IMG/VR virus record: IMGVR_UViG_3300032212_000089
Span: 1 to 35,936 of that record
From: a virus
Taxonomy: Duplodnaviria > Caudoviricetes
DNA: 35,936 nt
Direction: 5' to 3' (one strand)
A model generated the notes under the pieces. It saw nothing but the letters and a program-made list of their open reading frames with translations. It had not been told where the DNA came from and did no database searches. Within the stretch, counting starts at the first letter, position 1. Each line of letters begins with the position of its first letter. Positions 26,679 to 35,510 of the stretch are shown piece after piece. Position numbers and translations under genes: made by a program.

Positions 26679-26909
26679 ATGAGTGAAATAGGCGAAATGT
26701 ACAAACAGTTAAAGCAGCATCGCAAGAAACAATCGTCAAGCAGGCGTGATGATGCAATGAGTGAATTTGACGACGCAAGACGACTTGGTGCAGAATGGGG
26801 CATCTATGGGTTCACTGGTGGCGTTCTGTCATTTGAAGAATGTAAGCGTCTTCGAGACTGCCTAAACAATATGTTTGAAAGCGGGCTGTGTAAAAAGGCT
26901 ATCCAATGA
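26679..26909 (+). CDS. Hypothetical protein
   Basis: GGAAGG RBS. Confidence 0.5.
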   Translation: MSEIGEMYKQLKQHRKKQSSSRRDDAMSEFDDARRLGAEWGIYGFTGGVLSFEECKRLRDCLNNMFESGLCKKAIQ

Positions 26910-27058
26910 CTTTGTGGGAATTTTGCCGATCCAATTTGCAAGCATAAGCACTTGCACAAACATTATTGCATTCGATGCGCAAGGCGAATCAACGAAGCGA
27001 ACGGCGAGGAATTGATTCCAGTGCCAACTATGGCAGATTTGAAAAAGCGGAGAGGGCT

Positions 27059-27610
27059 ATGACTGAACCAAAACCAGACCTTGAACTAACGATAGTCAAA
27101 AACCATGACGGCAAAATGGTTGTGATGGATGGGGGTGACTGGAAACGGCTTTCGTTCGAAAGTATGGAAGACATACCAAAAGGTGCAACACCCCCATCTT
27201 TAATCGATATCGACGCAGAACTGCTTTTCAGCGGGTGGGAGGGGCCAATATTTGATGGCTACAAAGAGGCGATGAAACCTGATTTGGACAAAAGAACTTG
27301 GGTTCCTATTAACCTTCAAGACATCATCAACCGCCTATTCAAAATCATCGACGGTTCACCCGCTACGTTTCGATTGTGGGCAGGTGAGAACGTAGAGCGA
27401 ATTGTAGATAGTGTCGAAACGGTTATGTATTTCGAACTTATAGAAGCTCACAAGAGACGCCCCAACGTCCACATAGGCACAACACCCGAACACGAATCCA
27501 AACTTGATAGTATCCGCCATTTGTGCGGAGGAACCTTTACGAGGAAAAGAAATGCCGAAGCTAAAAAAGAGATAAACGAAATGTTAGATCAAAATATTGA
27601 TCCCAGTTGA
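27059..27610 (+). CDS. Hypothetical protein
   Basis: ATG 27059 preceded by GGAGAGG. Confidence 0.5.
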   Translation: MTEPKPDLELTIVKNHDGKMVVMDGGDWKRLSFESMEDIPKGATPPSLIDIDAELLFSGWEGPIFDGYKEAMKPDLDKRTWVPINLQDIINRLFKIIDGSPATFRLWAGENVERIVDSVETVMYFELIEAHKRRPNVHIGTTPEHESKLDSIRHLCGGTFTRKRNAEAKKEINEMLDQNIDPS

Positions 27611-27859
27611 TTGTTGCACTGATGAACAATTGGAAGAAATCGGGAAAGCGTGGACAAGGAATTTGGTTGATCATGCAAGTAGAAAACGAGAATTTCGGAA
27701 GAAACAGAAAAGGAATGAATGATGGTTACAGACGGATCAATACACCCAAACGACGAAATAACAGGCAAAAGTAATTTGCCCACTGAATAAAACACACTTG
27801 GCGGGCGTCGCTTAAACTCTCTTGTTTATTGCCTTGGCGGCGCCCGTCTACTTTCTAAA

Positions 27860-27883
27860 TACCACACACCAACAACGGAAGGA
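27860..27883 (+). promoter_or_regulatory. Leader motif TACCACACACCAAC-AAC-GGAAGGA overlapping the RBS
   Basis: Ends 6 nt before GTG 27890; 21 complementary positions with a 3-nt bulge. Preceded by a 12-bp GC stem (27800-27848). Confidence 0.75.
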
Positions 27884-27889
27884 TTTTTC

Positions 27890-28741
27890 GTGACAACGGA
27901 AAAGCTACGAGTTAACGAAATTGACATTAACAACAGCCCCCAAACGCGAATCAAATTAGACGCGGAAACAATAGAAACCTACGGGGAACTTTGGGACGAT
28001 ACCGACAATTGGCCATTCAGGGAAAAGATTGTCCTTTTCAATGTCGGAGAAAACGAAGACGGATCCAGACGTTTAATTTGCTCGGATGGCTTCCATAGAT
28101 ACTTTGCCGCCGTTAGTCGGGATAAGTCGGTTTTGGCTAACGTTCGAAACGGGACGATGCAAGAGGCTATCGACTACGCCTTGAAAGCAAACCACGAACA
28201 CGGTTTAAAGCGTTCAAGGATGGACAAGCGGAACGCCGTAGATATGGCGTTGAAAATGGAATGCCATAAGGATTTGTCCAATAGGGAATTGGCGAACCTT
28301 TGCGGCGTCTCGAAAGACCTGGTTGCAGACGTCAAGCGTTGCGCGGAACTGGACAAGGAAGCCCGGAAGGAAAAGAAGAAGAAACCGGAAAACAAGCCCG
28401 TTGAAGCGGAAAAGGAACCGGAAGTCGAAAAGCCAGAGTTTCCACCGGTAGACGATACGCCCGTCCCGAATCTAGTTTCCGGTCAAGAGTTGCCAGAAGA
28501 CCAAAGGAAAGAACGGGTCGAAATCTTACGGAAGAAGATAACTTCCCGGTTTGGCGAAATCATCCGCTTAGGAATGGAAGTTACCCGGACATTCAAAGGC
28601 GCGGACGAACTCTTCGCAACGGATTCCTACGATGAGAATCAAGCGAAGATCACGGAATATATGCAGCCGGTCTTCGGCGTTTTTAATGAACTTTGCGACG
28701 GGAAAGAGATAACCCCGTTGAAGATCGAAAAGGTGGGATAA
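27890..28741 (+). CDS. ParB N-terminal-domain + HTH protein
   Basis: PQTR, SDGFHRYFAA, ANHEHG, then SNRELANLCGVSKDLVADVKR (HTH). Confidence 0.75.
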   Translation: MTTEKLRVNEIDINNSPQTRIKLDAETIETYGELWDDTDNWPFREKIVLFNVGENEDGSRRLICSDGFHRYFAAVSRDKSVLANVRNGTMQEAIDYALKANHEHGLKRSRMDKRNAVDMALKMECHKDLSNRELANLCGVSKDLVADVKRCAELDKEARKEKKKKPENKPVEAEKEPEVEKPEFPPVDDTPVPNLVSGQELPEDQRKERVEILRKKITSRFGEIIRLGMEVTRTFKGADELFATDSYDENQAKITEYMQPVFGVFNELCDGKEITPLKIEKVG

Positions 28742-30279
28742 TGGACGCCTGGCCCCACCAAACAAGAGCATTGAAAGGGATAGAAGATTCTATCAAAGAA
28801 GGGGTTAACGATATCCTTATTTCGTCGCCTACCGGTGCCGGCAAGACTTTTGTGTCAATTCGACGAATGCAGACAAGCGGACGAAAAACCGTTTTCTATA
28901 CGAATCGACGAATGCTTTTCGAACAGACTTCCAAGAAGTTCCACGAAGTCGAGTTAAACCACGGATTCAGGGCGGCGGGACACGTTCCGAATGTGGAAGA
29001 ACCGGTCCAATTGGCAATGATTCAATCGGAAGCTCGAGCGTTAGAGCGGGGCGGGGAACTTCACGAAGCGGACGAAGTGTTGGTCGACGAAGCCCATAAC
29101 AACGCGGGCGAAAGTTGCCAGCGGATTTTCGCGGAACACAAGCGAATAAACCCCAATTGCTCGATTGTCGGCTTTAGTGCGACGCCTTTAGGAGTTTCGC
29201 ACGTCTATAAGCGTTTGATTCAGGCGGGGACGAATAGCGAACTAAGGGAATGCGGAAGTCATGTTAAGCTTGGCGCCAAGTATTTTGCCCCCGATGAACC
29301 GGACGAAAAGTTAGTCGGAAGGATTGAAACCGGCGGCGGGGAAACGGCGATACCGAACCGAAAGCGGATGAAGTACACCCAACAGGTCTTCGGGCGAGTT
29401 GTGGAGCATTACTACAAGCTGAATAAGGAACGGCGGCCGGCGGTCTTGTTTGCACCTGGCGTCGAAGAATCCAAGTGGTTCGCCCAACAACTTGAAAGGA
29501 AAGGGATAACGGCGGCCCATATCGATTCTGATTATTGCATGATCGGGGATGAGATTTACCCGAGTACGCAAGCCCTAAAGGACGAAATCGAAAAGCAAGT
29601 TAAAGACGGGAAGATCAACGTAGTTTGCAACCGGTTTGTTCTTCGCGAAGGGATTGATTGGCCGTTTCTTTACCACGGGATTTTTGCCACTGTTTTCGGG
29701 TCGCTTACGTCTTACATTCAGGCCGGCGGACGCTTGCTTCGTAATGATTCAACGATGGATCACGTTTTGATTCAGGACCACGGCGGGAATTACTGGCGTC
29801 ACGGTTCTTTGAACTCGGACCGAGTTTGGCAGTTGGATTCTAACGACCGAATAGAAGCGGCAAAACATCGAGAAAGATGCCGGGACGGAATCGAAAAGCC
29901 CGCCGTCGTTTGTCCAAAGTGTTCACAAGTTCGCAAGGGTTTGCGGTGTCAACATTGCGGGGATTCTTGGATAGGTCGAACTCGATTAGTTCTTCAAACG
30001 GACGGAACCTTAAAGGAATTGACCAATAAAGCTTTTCAGAAAAGGCGAACGGCGAAGAAGTCCGCAAGCCTGGAAAAGAAGTGGATAGGTCGGGTTTTGG
30101 GGGTTTTGGGATCGAAAAAGAAAACGGTCGTAAATATGACCTTTTCGCAGTTGTTTAACAATTTCGCGCGGGATAACTATTGGACGTATCCGCCTAAAGA
30201 TTTGGCAATGATGCCGACCGCGGAGATGGATTGGTTCAGGCCAATTCGGACCGTTCCAAAGGAAAGGCTGATTAAATGA
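28741..30279 (+). CDS. SF2 DEAH-box helicase with C-terminal zinc ribbon (YejH/RadD-like)
   Basis: SPTGAGKT, DEAH, SATP, EGIDWP, QAGGRLLR, CPKC..CQHC. Confidence 0.9.
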   Translation: MDAWPHQTRALKGIEDSIKEGVNDILISSPTGAGKTFVSIRRMQTSGRKTVFYTNRRMLFEQTSKKFHEVELNHGFRAAGHVPNVEEPVQLAMIQSEARALERGGELHEADEVLVDEAHNNAGESCQRIFAEHKRINPNCSIVGFSATPLGVSHVYKRLIQAGTNSELRECGSHVKLGAKYFAPDEPDEKLVGRIETGGGETAIPNRKRMKYTQQVFGRVVEHYYKLNKERRPAVLFAPGVEESKWFAQQLERKGITAAHIDSDYCMIGDEIYPSTQALKDEIEKQVKDGKINVVCNRFVLREGIDWPFLYHGIFATVFGSLTSYIQAGGRLLRNDSTMDHVLIQDHGGNYWRHGSLNSDRVWQLDSNDRIEAAKHRERCRDGIEKPAVVCPKCSQVRKGLRCQHCGDSWIGRTRLVLQTDGTLKELTNKAFQKRRTAKKSASLEKKWIGRVLGVLGSKKKTVVNMTFSQLFNNFARDNYWTYPPKDLAMMPTAEMDWFRPIRTVPKERLIK

Positions 30280-30626
30280 GTCAGAAAATGAGCGCGGAAG
30301 ACGCCTTCCGGGAAAGCGTCGAAATACTACGGGACGCCTTCGAGCCGGCTTTAAGGCAACTAGAGACGGTTTCGAAAGCCTTGATTCTCCAAAGGACGAT
30401 CGACCTGGAAAGGAAACTAACGTCGGTTGAATCGGAAATAGTTCTTTTGAAGTCCGAAAACGAGCAAATGAAACAGGGAATGCGGACGTTAAGCGAAAGC
30501 CGGAAGCAAGCTAATACAAGGATTGCCAAGATTGAAAACAAAGGGAAAGAACTTTCGGGCGGTCAAGTCGAGAACCTGGGCGAAGAACGCCAAGCGTTCC
30601 AAGAATCGGAAGCGGGGGCGGTATGA
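30276..30626 (+). CDS. Coiled-coil hypothetical protein
   Basis: ATGA overlaps at both ends. Confidence 0.55.
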   Translation: MSQKMSAEDAFRESVEILRDAFEPALRQLETVSKALILQRTIDLERKLTSVESEIVLLKSENEQMKQGMRTLSESRKQANTRIAKIENKGKELSGGQVENLGEERQAFQESEAGAV

Positions 30627-30871
30627 CGTTTGGAAGTTTGTTTTCTGGAATTGGCGGGATTGACCTTGGTTTAGAAAGGGCTGGATTAACTTGTCGTTGG
30701 CAGGTTGAAAACAATGAGTTTTGCAAGCGGGTACTTAAAAAGCATTTTCCAAGCGTCGAAAGGTTTAACGACGTTAGGGAATTTGCCGTTGAAAAGGAAG
30801 AAGATTTAATAGTCGACGGAATTGCTGGCGGGTTTCCTTGTCAAGGCGTTTCGAATGGCGGAAAGCGATAG
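30623..30871 (+). pseudogene. DNA cytosine-C5 methyltransferase, N-terminal fragment
   Basis: Motif I SLFSGIGG to motif IV GGFPCQ, then a stop at 82 aa; ENV/QxRxR motifs not seen downstream. Confidence 0.8.
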
Positions 30872-30887
30872 GAAAAAGGGTTTTGTT

Positions 30888-31427
30888 ATGCCAATGACAC
30901 CGGAAGAAAGAATCGAAAGCGAAGTCCAAAGGACAATCGAGAAATTCAAAGAATATCGGCAGCAAACCGCCTACAAGAAGCTTTTAGAGTCGGTCCAGAA
31001 GTTGGCCGTTTACGGAAGGGCAAACGATAAAGGGCTAGTAGATTGCATAACCTGCGGGACCACTTACCTTTATCGAGACCGCGCTATACAAGGCGGACAC
31101 TTTTCCAAGAGGAACATAAAACAAACTTGCCACCTATTGGAAAATGTCTTCCCGCAATGCTGGGGTTGCAATGGTCCTCGGGGCAAAGGGGAACCGGAAA
31201 AGTTCGCCGAGTATTTAGGGCCAAGTCGGCTTTTTGTGCTTGAAATGCTGAAAGCTGGCGAAATCCCATTCGAAACGGCTGGCGTCTTCGACCTGGAAAA
31301 GCTTGTTCGTTACCTTGTTTGCGAAATACGGCCGGCCTTGCGTTTCCATACCAAGCGATTGAAGGCGATAGAGGCGGCAGCGGAAAAAGAAGAAGAAAAG
31401 ACGATAACTCACGCCCAAACTATTTAG
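30888..31427 (+). CDS. NinG/HNH-like nuclease
   Basis: CITCG...QGGHF...NVFPQCWGCN; start 30855 or 30888. Confidence 0.7.
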   Translation: MPMTPEERIESEVQRTIEKFKEYRQQTAYKKLLESVQKLAVYGRANDKGLVDCITCGTTYLYRDRAIQGGHFSKRNIKQTCHLLENVFPQCWGCNGPRGKGEPEKFAEYLGPSRLFVLEMLKAGEIPFETAGVFDLEKLVRYLVCEIRPALRFHTKRLKAIEAAAEKEEEKTITHAQTI

Positions 31428-31431
31428 GAAA

Positions 31432-31447
31432 GTGGCTTTAAAGCCAC
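31432..31447. repeat. 16-bp palindrome, copy 6
   Basis: Read directly; 4 nt after a stop codon. Confidence 0.95.
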
Positions 31448-31462
31448 CGAAAGGAAAGACAA

Positions 31463-31582
31463 ATGAAAGATTCGGACAAAATGCCATTTGGGAAGCACAA
31501 AGGCGAACGAATGGAAGATGTTCTTGCCTATATTCAGAAAAACAGGGATGAAATCACGAAAGAATTGAAATGTTTGGATTAG
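31463..31582 (+). CDS. Short MPFGKHKG-motif (DUF3820-like) ORF, 39 aa, possibly internally deleted
   Basis: MKDSDKMPFGKHKGERMEDVLAYIQKNRDEITKELKCLD; AAGGA RBS; not in the ORF track. Confidence 0.55.
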   Translation: MKDSDKMPFGKHKGERMEDVLAYIQKNRDEITKELKCLD

Positions 31583-31676
31583 TTCTTTATTTGGAATACC
31601 GGGAAAGATTCCTTGCGGAAATGGATACGAATTGGAAGCTTTTGTTAATTGATTTGGTCGAAGTCGACGGAATGGG

Positions 31677-32009
31677 GTGGATATGAGACCCGAAGTTTAC
31701 GCCCGAAGCGACTACGCCGGGATGGAAACGAATAACGCGAAGTTCTATTACGGATATGAAAGGATTTGGTGTCCGAAACACGGATTCCAACGGGATTCTG
31801 AACCGGCCGAGGGATGCGGCGAAGATTGCGATTCGGATAATCTTGAATGGGTTTTCAGGGCAGAAATCCAAACCGGCGAGGAACCAAAGGTAATCGAAGT
31901 CCCATTTTCCAAGCTAAACGCCCCCGGAAACAATCGCTTTAACTGTGAAGCGGCTTTATCTATGGGGATCGCTTGGGTTTTGACGAAATACGGAATAAAG
32001 GTGGAATGA
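31677..32009 (+). CDS. Hypothetical protein
   Basis: Collinear ORF; start may be ATG 31683. Confidence 0.5.
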   Translation: MDMRPEVYARSDYAGMETNNAKFYYGYERIWCPKHGFQRDSEPAEGCGEDCDSDNLEWVFRAEIQTGEEPKVIEVPFSKLNAPGNNRFNCEAALSMGIAWVLTKYGIKVE

Positions 32010-32200
32010 TGGAAGCCACAAAGAAGGTAATAAAACGAGACAAATCAGGTATGGTTCACATTTGGAATCACGCGAATCGTGACACTAGATGCTGGTTGTT
32101 TCAGAAAGGGAGCGATCGAAGAGAATACAAGTTTGAATCTGACCCGTTGGTGACAATGAAAATGGGGAAATGTGCCAATTGTTCGAATCGAAAACGGTAG
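32006..32200 (+). CDS. Small Cys/His-containing hypothetical protein
   Basis: ATGA overlap; VHIW...CWLF...CANC. Confidence 0.45.
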   Translation: MMEATKKVIKRDKSGMVHIWNHANRDTRCWLFQKGSDRREYKFESDPLVTMKMGKCANCSNRKR

Positions 32201-32482
32201 GCGCAAAAGAAACGCCGTTCAGGCTTTACGGGGCCTATAAACGGCGTGGATTGAATCGCGATTCGAATAAGTATATAACACTAGGACCGCGGCGTAAAGT
32301 TCGCGGAAATTTACGAATAATTTACGGGCGTAATCTAACGATTTCCCCAACTACAATTTGAAACTTTCAGAATCGGTCGGAGGCGTGGTGCTTTGGATCG
32401 GGGCAAATGGGCGAAGATTTCATGGGAGCGGCAACGCTTACGGATCAACGCCAAAAACCGCATTGAGCGGCGTCGTATGGTC

Positions 32483-32522
32483 TCCTACTTAGGTGTCCTT
32501 CTTAGGCAATGTCCTAATTAGG
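32483..32522. repeat. Three tandem imperfect palindromes TCCTWMTTAGG
   Basis: TCCTACTTAGG, TGTCCTTCTTAGG, TGTCCTAATTAGG in a long non-coding gap. Confidence 0.7.
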
Positions 32523-32728
32523 CATGAAAGCCCCACGGAGACAGGTTAGGACGGTGGGAGGGGCCTTCGCTGGCTGATTGGTTACCACGTTAAAAACACG
32601 GAGCGGGAGGGGGGTTTTGCGCTTCGAGAAATGAACTGGAAGAAAAGTTAAAGTAAATGTTCGTTTTCGCGGGATGCAATGGAGCGTCGATTAGCTGTCG
32701 CGATTTCTTTAGAAAGTGAAGTGCTGAA

Positions 32729-33151
32729 ATGGTTGGTTCGGGTGAAGCGGAAAGGTCGGTCGACGCGGATTCGTGTAAGGATCGCTGGACTTGTACGCTA
32801 TGCGGGAAACGGTGCAAGCGTGGAAAGCCGAAGTGTAAGGCTTGCTATCGTGGAAGGCGCGCGAAGGGTAGTCGGCGTTCTACTGGCTTGAAGGGACTTA
32901 AAAGGAAGGTTGACAAGGCGAAATCGTCACCGAAAAGGGCGATTCCGAAGCGTCGAACGAATCATCTTCGAAAGGTTGTGAATCGTAAGGGAAGCGGTTG
33001 TGTTCATGTTTTCTTTGAGGATTTGAACGATACGGGTTGTTTTATGTTCGGGAAGGGGAGCGATCGAACGAAGTTTATGTTTGTCGATGGGATTTTGAGC
33101 AATTCAAGGTGCGAAACCTGCTATCGGCGAAGTTACATTGAATCTAAGTGA
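32729..33151 (+). CDS. Basic Cys-rich hypothetical protein
   Basis: CTLC..CKAC; VHVF...CFMF...CETC. Confidence 0.5.
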   Translation: MVGSGEAERSVDADSCKDRWTCTLCGKRCKRGKPKCKACYRGRRAKGSRRSTGLKGLKRKVDKAKSSPKRAIPKRRTNHLRKVVNRKGSGCVHVFFEDLNDTGCFMFGKGSDRTKFMFVDGILSNSRCETCYRRSYIESK

Positions 33152-33152
33152 A

Positions 33153-33168
33153 GTGGCTTTAAAGCCAC
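33153..33168. repeat. 16-bp palindrome, copy 7
   Basis: Read directly; 1 nt after a stop codon. Confidence 0.95.
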
Positions 33169-33182
33169 CCTGAGGGGTAGAA

Positions 33183-33443
33183 ATGGAAGCAACGAAGGCC
33201 AAGAAATGCAAAAATTGCGGTTCGGACGTAATCGGAAGACGCCCGCAAGCCCTTTATTGTTCGGATAAATGCGCGAAGGGCGCCTACTATCATCGACACA
33301 AGACGCCGTCGATCAATCGGAAGAAGTGCAAGGGATGCGGAAAAGGGTTGGAACATCGAAGAAAAGACGCGGTTTGGTGTTCGAACAATTGCCACGTTAT
33401 GACTAATTACCACAAAAAGAGGGGTGGCTTTAAAGCCACTTGA
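33183..33443 (+). CDS. Tandem zinc-finger protein (CxxC...CSxxC x2)
   Basis: CKNCG...YCSDKC and CKGCG...WCSNNC; GAGGGG RBS. Confidence 0.65.
   Translation: MEATKAKKCKNCGSDVIGRRPQALYCSDKCAKGAYYHRHKTPSINRKKCKGCGKGLEHRRKDAVWCSNNCHVMTNYHKKRGGFKAT
33424..33439. repeat. 16-bp palindrome, copy 8 (last codons of a CDS)
   Basis: Read directly. Confidence 0.95.
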
Positions 33444-33455
33444 AAGGAAAAGAAA

Positions 33456-33668
33456 ATGAAAGTTTGGGAATTAATGGCCGAATTGGCAAAGGTTCCGGCC
33501 GGACTAGAAGTAAAAGTTAGCGTTTGTTCGACTTTGGAAGTCGAGATCGAAGAAGTGGACGTCGATGACGAAAGGGTCCATCTTCAGGGTGGGGACGTCG
33601 AATTGGTAAATACAAGCGGCGATATAATGGGTTATCTATCGGAGTTGAGCGACGCAGAAAACGAATAG
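33456..33668 (+). CDS. Acidic hypothetical protein
   Basis: AAGGA RBS. Confidence 0.55.
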   Translation: MKVWELMAELAKVPAGLEVKVSVCSTLEVEIEEVDVDDERVHLQGGDVELVNTSGDIMGYLSELSDAENE

Positions 33669-33683
33669 TGGCTTTAAAGCCAC
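33668..33683. repeat. 16-bp palindrome, copy 9 (overlaps a stop codon)
   Basis: Read directly. Confidence 0.95.
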
Positions 33684-33831
33684 TTTGAATCGCCAAGGCG
33701 GGGGACGTCGTAGCCAGACGCCCCCGTTATTTCTATTGAATTTTACGCGCTGAAAATAAAACACTGGATTGGAAAGGCGGAAAGCGGTAAATTACCGATA
33801 CCAAATTACCACACCAACACGAAGGCGCATT

Positions 33832-34242
33832 ATGATCGTCAAGACCGCTAAGTCGGTATCTATTAACTCCGGTTCCCCGTCTTTGGGAATGGAAACGGAA
33901 ACCAAAGGAAAAAGCCCCCAAGAATTCTTCGACCTTATGGCGATGTCCAAAAAGTTCGTCAAAGGCTATTTGCTCCAAGGAAACGACCCGCCAGACCAAA
34001 AGACGATCGACGGCGTAGACCGCTTTGAGATCGTCGGCCCGTTCAAGCTCGGCAAATTTGCCTACGATTCGGGGACGAAGAAAGTAACGTTTAAAGCGTC
34101 ATTCGATCTTGGAAACTTGGAATTGAACGACCTGGAAGACGTAACGGAATCGTCCTTCTTCTTCGATATTCGAGATGTTACGGACACGCTAATCGAGCCG
34201 GCAACGCTTACGGACGGCGAAAATGGACAATCAGCCGAATGA
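33832..34242 (+). CDS. Hypothetical protein
   Basis: ATG 33832 preceded by the leader motif TTACCACACCAACACGAAGG (33806-33825). Confidence 0.55.
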   Translation: MIVKTAKSVSINSGSPSLGMETETKGKSPQEFFDLMAMSKKFVKGYLLQGNDPPDQKTIDGVDRFEIVGPFKLGKFAYDSGTKKVTFKASFDLGNLELNDLEDVTESSFFFDIRDVTDTLIEPATLTDGENGQSAE

Positions 34243-34417
34243 CCCGATAGCGATGGTAACTCGCATCGACGGACACGTTTACGCCTACACGTTCACAAGG
34301 GATAACGTTGGAGCGGTATCGGAAGCCATAACCAAGCAAGTAGTCGACAAACGGCTAAATATGAACAAGAACGCAGCCGATCGGCTGATAACTCAAATGT
34401 TAAAGGTAACGGAATGA
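34223..34417 (+). CDS. Hypothetical protein
   Basis: Collinear and overlapping. Confidence 0.5.
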   Translation: MDNQPNDPIAMVTRIDGHVYAYTFTRDNVGAVSEAITKQVVDKRLNMNKNAADRLITQMLKVTE

Positions 34418-34605
34418 AATTTAAAGCTTTTGTAGAAACCGAAGAACTTCCAGTCGGAACGCATGACGCCGAGCAAGTTGGTCGCGTCGTTTGTTGGGAA
34501 TTCGAAGGAAAGACTTTTAGCGTCTTCCTGGAAGAAGGAATCGGCGGAAAGCGGCCCGTAAAGATTACGGTAAGCGAGTCCGGCGATATCGAATTGGATG
34601 GTTAA
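34414..34605 (+). CDS. Hypothetical protein
   Basis: ATGA overlap. Confidence 0.5.
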   Translation: MKFKAFVETEELPVGTHDAEQVGRVVCWEFEGKTFSVFLEEGIGGKRPVKITVSESGDIELDG

Positions 34606-34951
34606 CCTAAAAGCCGGGAAAGATCCGTTAAGGGATTTCAATAAAAAGATACCGGAATTTATCGAAAGGATTAATGAGTTGGCAAAGTTGGCGAAAAAGA
34701 TGAAGTCCCATTCAGGCGAAAAGTACCTGAAAACGCCCAAAGGATTGAAAGGCGGAAAGTTAGACGTTTATTCGGTAATTGAGACTTTCGGGGTTGAATG
34801 TCCCGCCATTCAGCACGCCCTAAAAAAGTTGCTGTTTCCTGGGAAACGCGGGAAGAACGAAACGTTAGCGGATTTGGACGAAGCCCGAGACGCGATAAAT
34901 CGGGCGGTCGAACTCGAGGAAGGAAGGGGGAGAATTGGAGGGTTCGGGTGA
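34598..34951 (+). CDS. Conserved phage protein (DUF3310-related)
   Basis: DVYSVIETFGVECPAIQHALKKLL.PGKRG...DLDEARDAINRA. Confidence 0.6.
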   Translation: MVNLKAGKDPLRDFNKKIPEFIERINELAKLAKKMKSHSGEKYLKTPKGLKGGKLDVYSVIETFGVECPAIQHALKKLLFPGKRGKNETLADLDEARDAINRAVELEEGRGRIGGFG

Positions 34952-35095
34952 TGGCAGCACGCAACACGTAGTTTCGGATGAAAGTGTATTCCTTGTCAAA
35001 TGCCCGTCAAAGGGTCTTCATTTAACACACGGTCCGGTTGTCTTCGGGAAAGATCAAAAATTCATCGTTGTTAGAAAGTAGGCAATTCCAAGGTT

Positions 35096-35488
35096 ATGTC
35101 GGCGAAACTTGCTTTTGCAACTGGCGGTTTCGATACGAATTATTTGGACTTTTCAAGAAGGATTTTCAACGGGGAAAGGATTCTAAAACACGGTTATTCG
35201 TATTGTCTAGAAAGTGGGGAGCCTGGCGACGAAGAAAGCAAAGTCCCAGCGTTTGCTGATTTGCCAAGGGATAGCGAACCACTGGAATCGGAAGAGCTAA
35301 AAGAAGCCGAGGCGAATAACGCCAAACTTTGGAAAAGCAACGAAGCTTTGAAAGAAAAAATTAAGGAATTGGATGAAGCAATTTTGAACGCAAAGGAACT
35401 CGGGCGACTTGAAGCGGAAATCGAGTTCCAACGGAAACGCGGCGACGAATTCAAGGAAATGCTTCTATCTCAAATTGCAATCAAATGA
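35096..35488 (+). CDS. Coiled-coil hypothetical protein
   Basis: Collinear ORF. Confidence 0.5.
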   Translation: MSAKLAFATGGFDTNYLDFSRRIFNGERILKHGYSYCLESGEPGDEESKVPAFADLPRDSEPLESEELKEAEANNAKLWKSNEALKEKIKELDEAILNAKELGRLEAEIEFQRKRGDEFKEMLLSQIAIK

Positions 35489-35510
35489 CACCCCAACGAA
35501 AGAAATCCAA

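Noticed and set aside
33153-33683. CRISPR array or integron attC array formed by the clustered palindromes
   Set aside because: Repeats are only 16 bp, spaced by 240-270 bp of coding sequence here and irregularly elsewhere; no cas genes; no attC R/L box structure.
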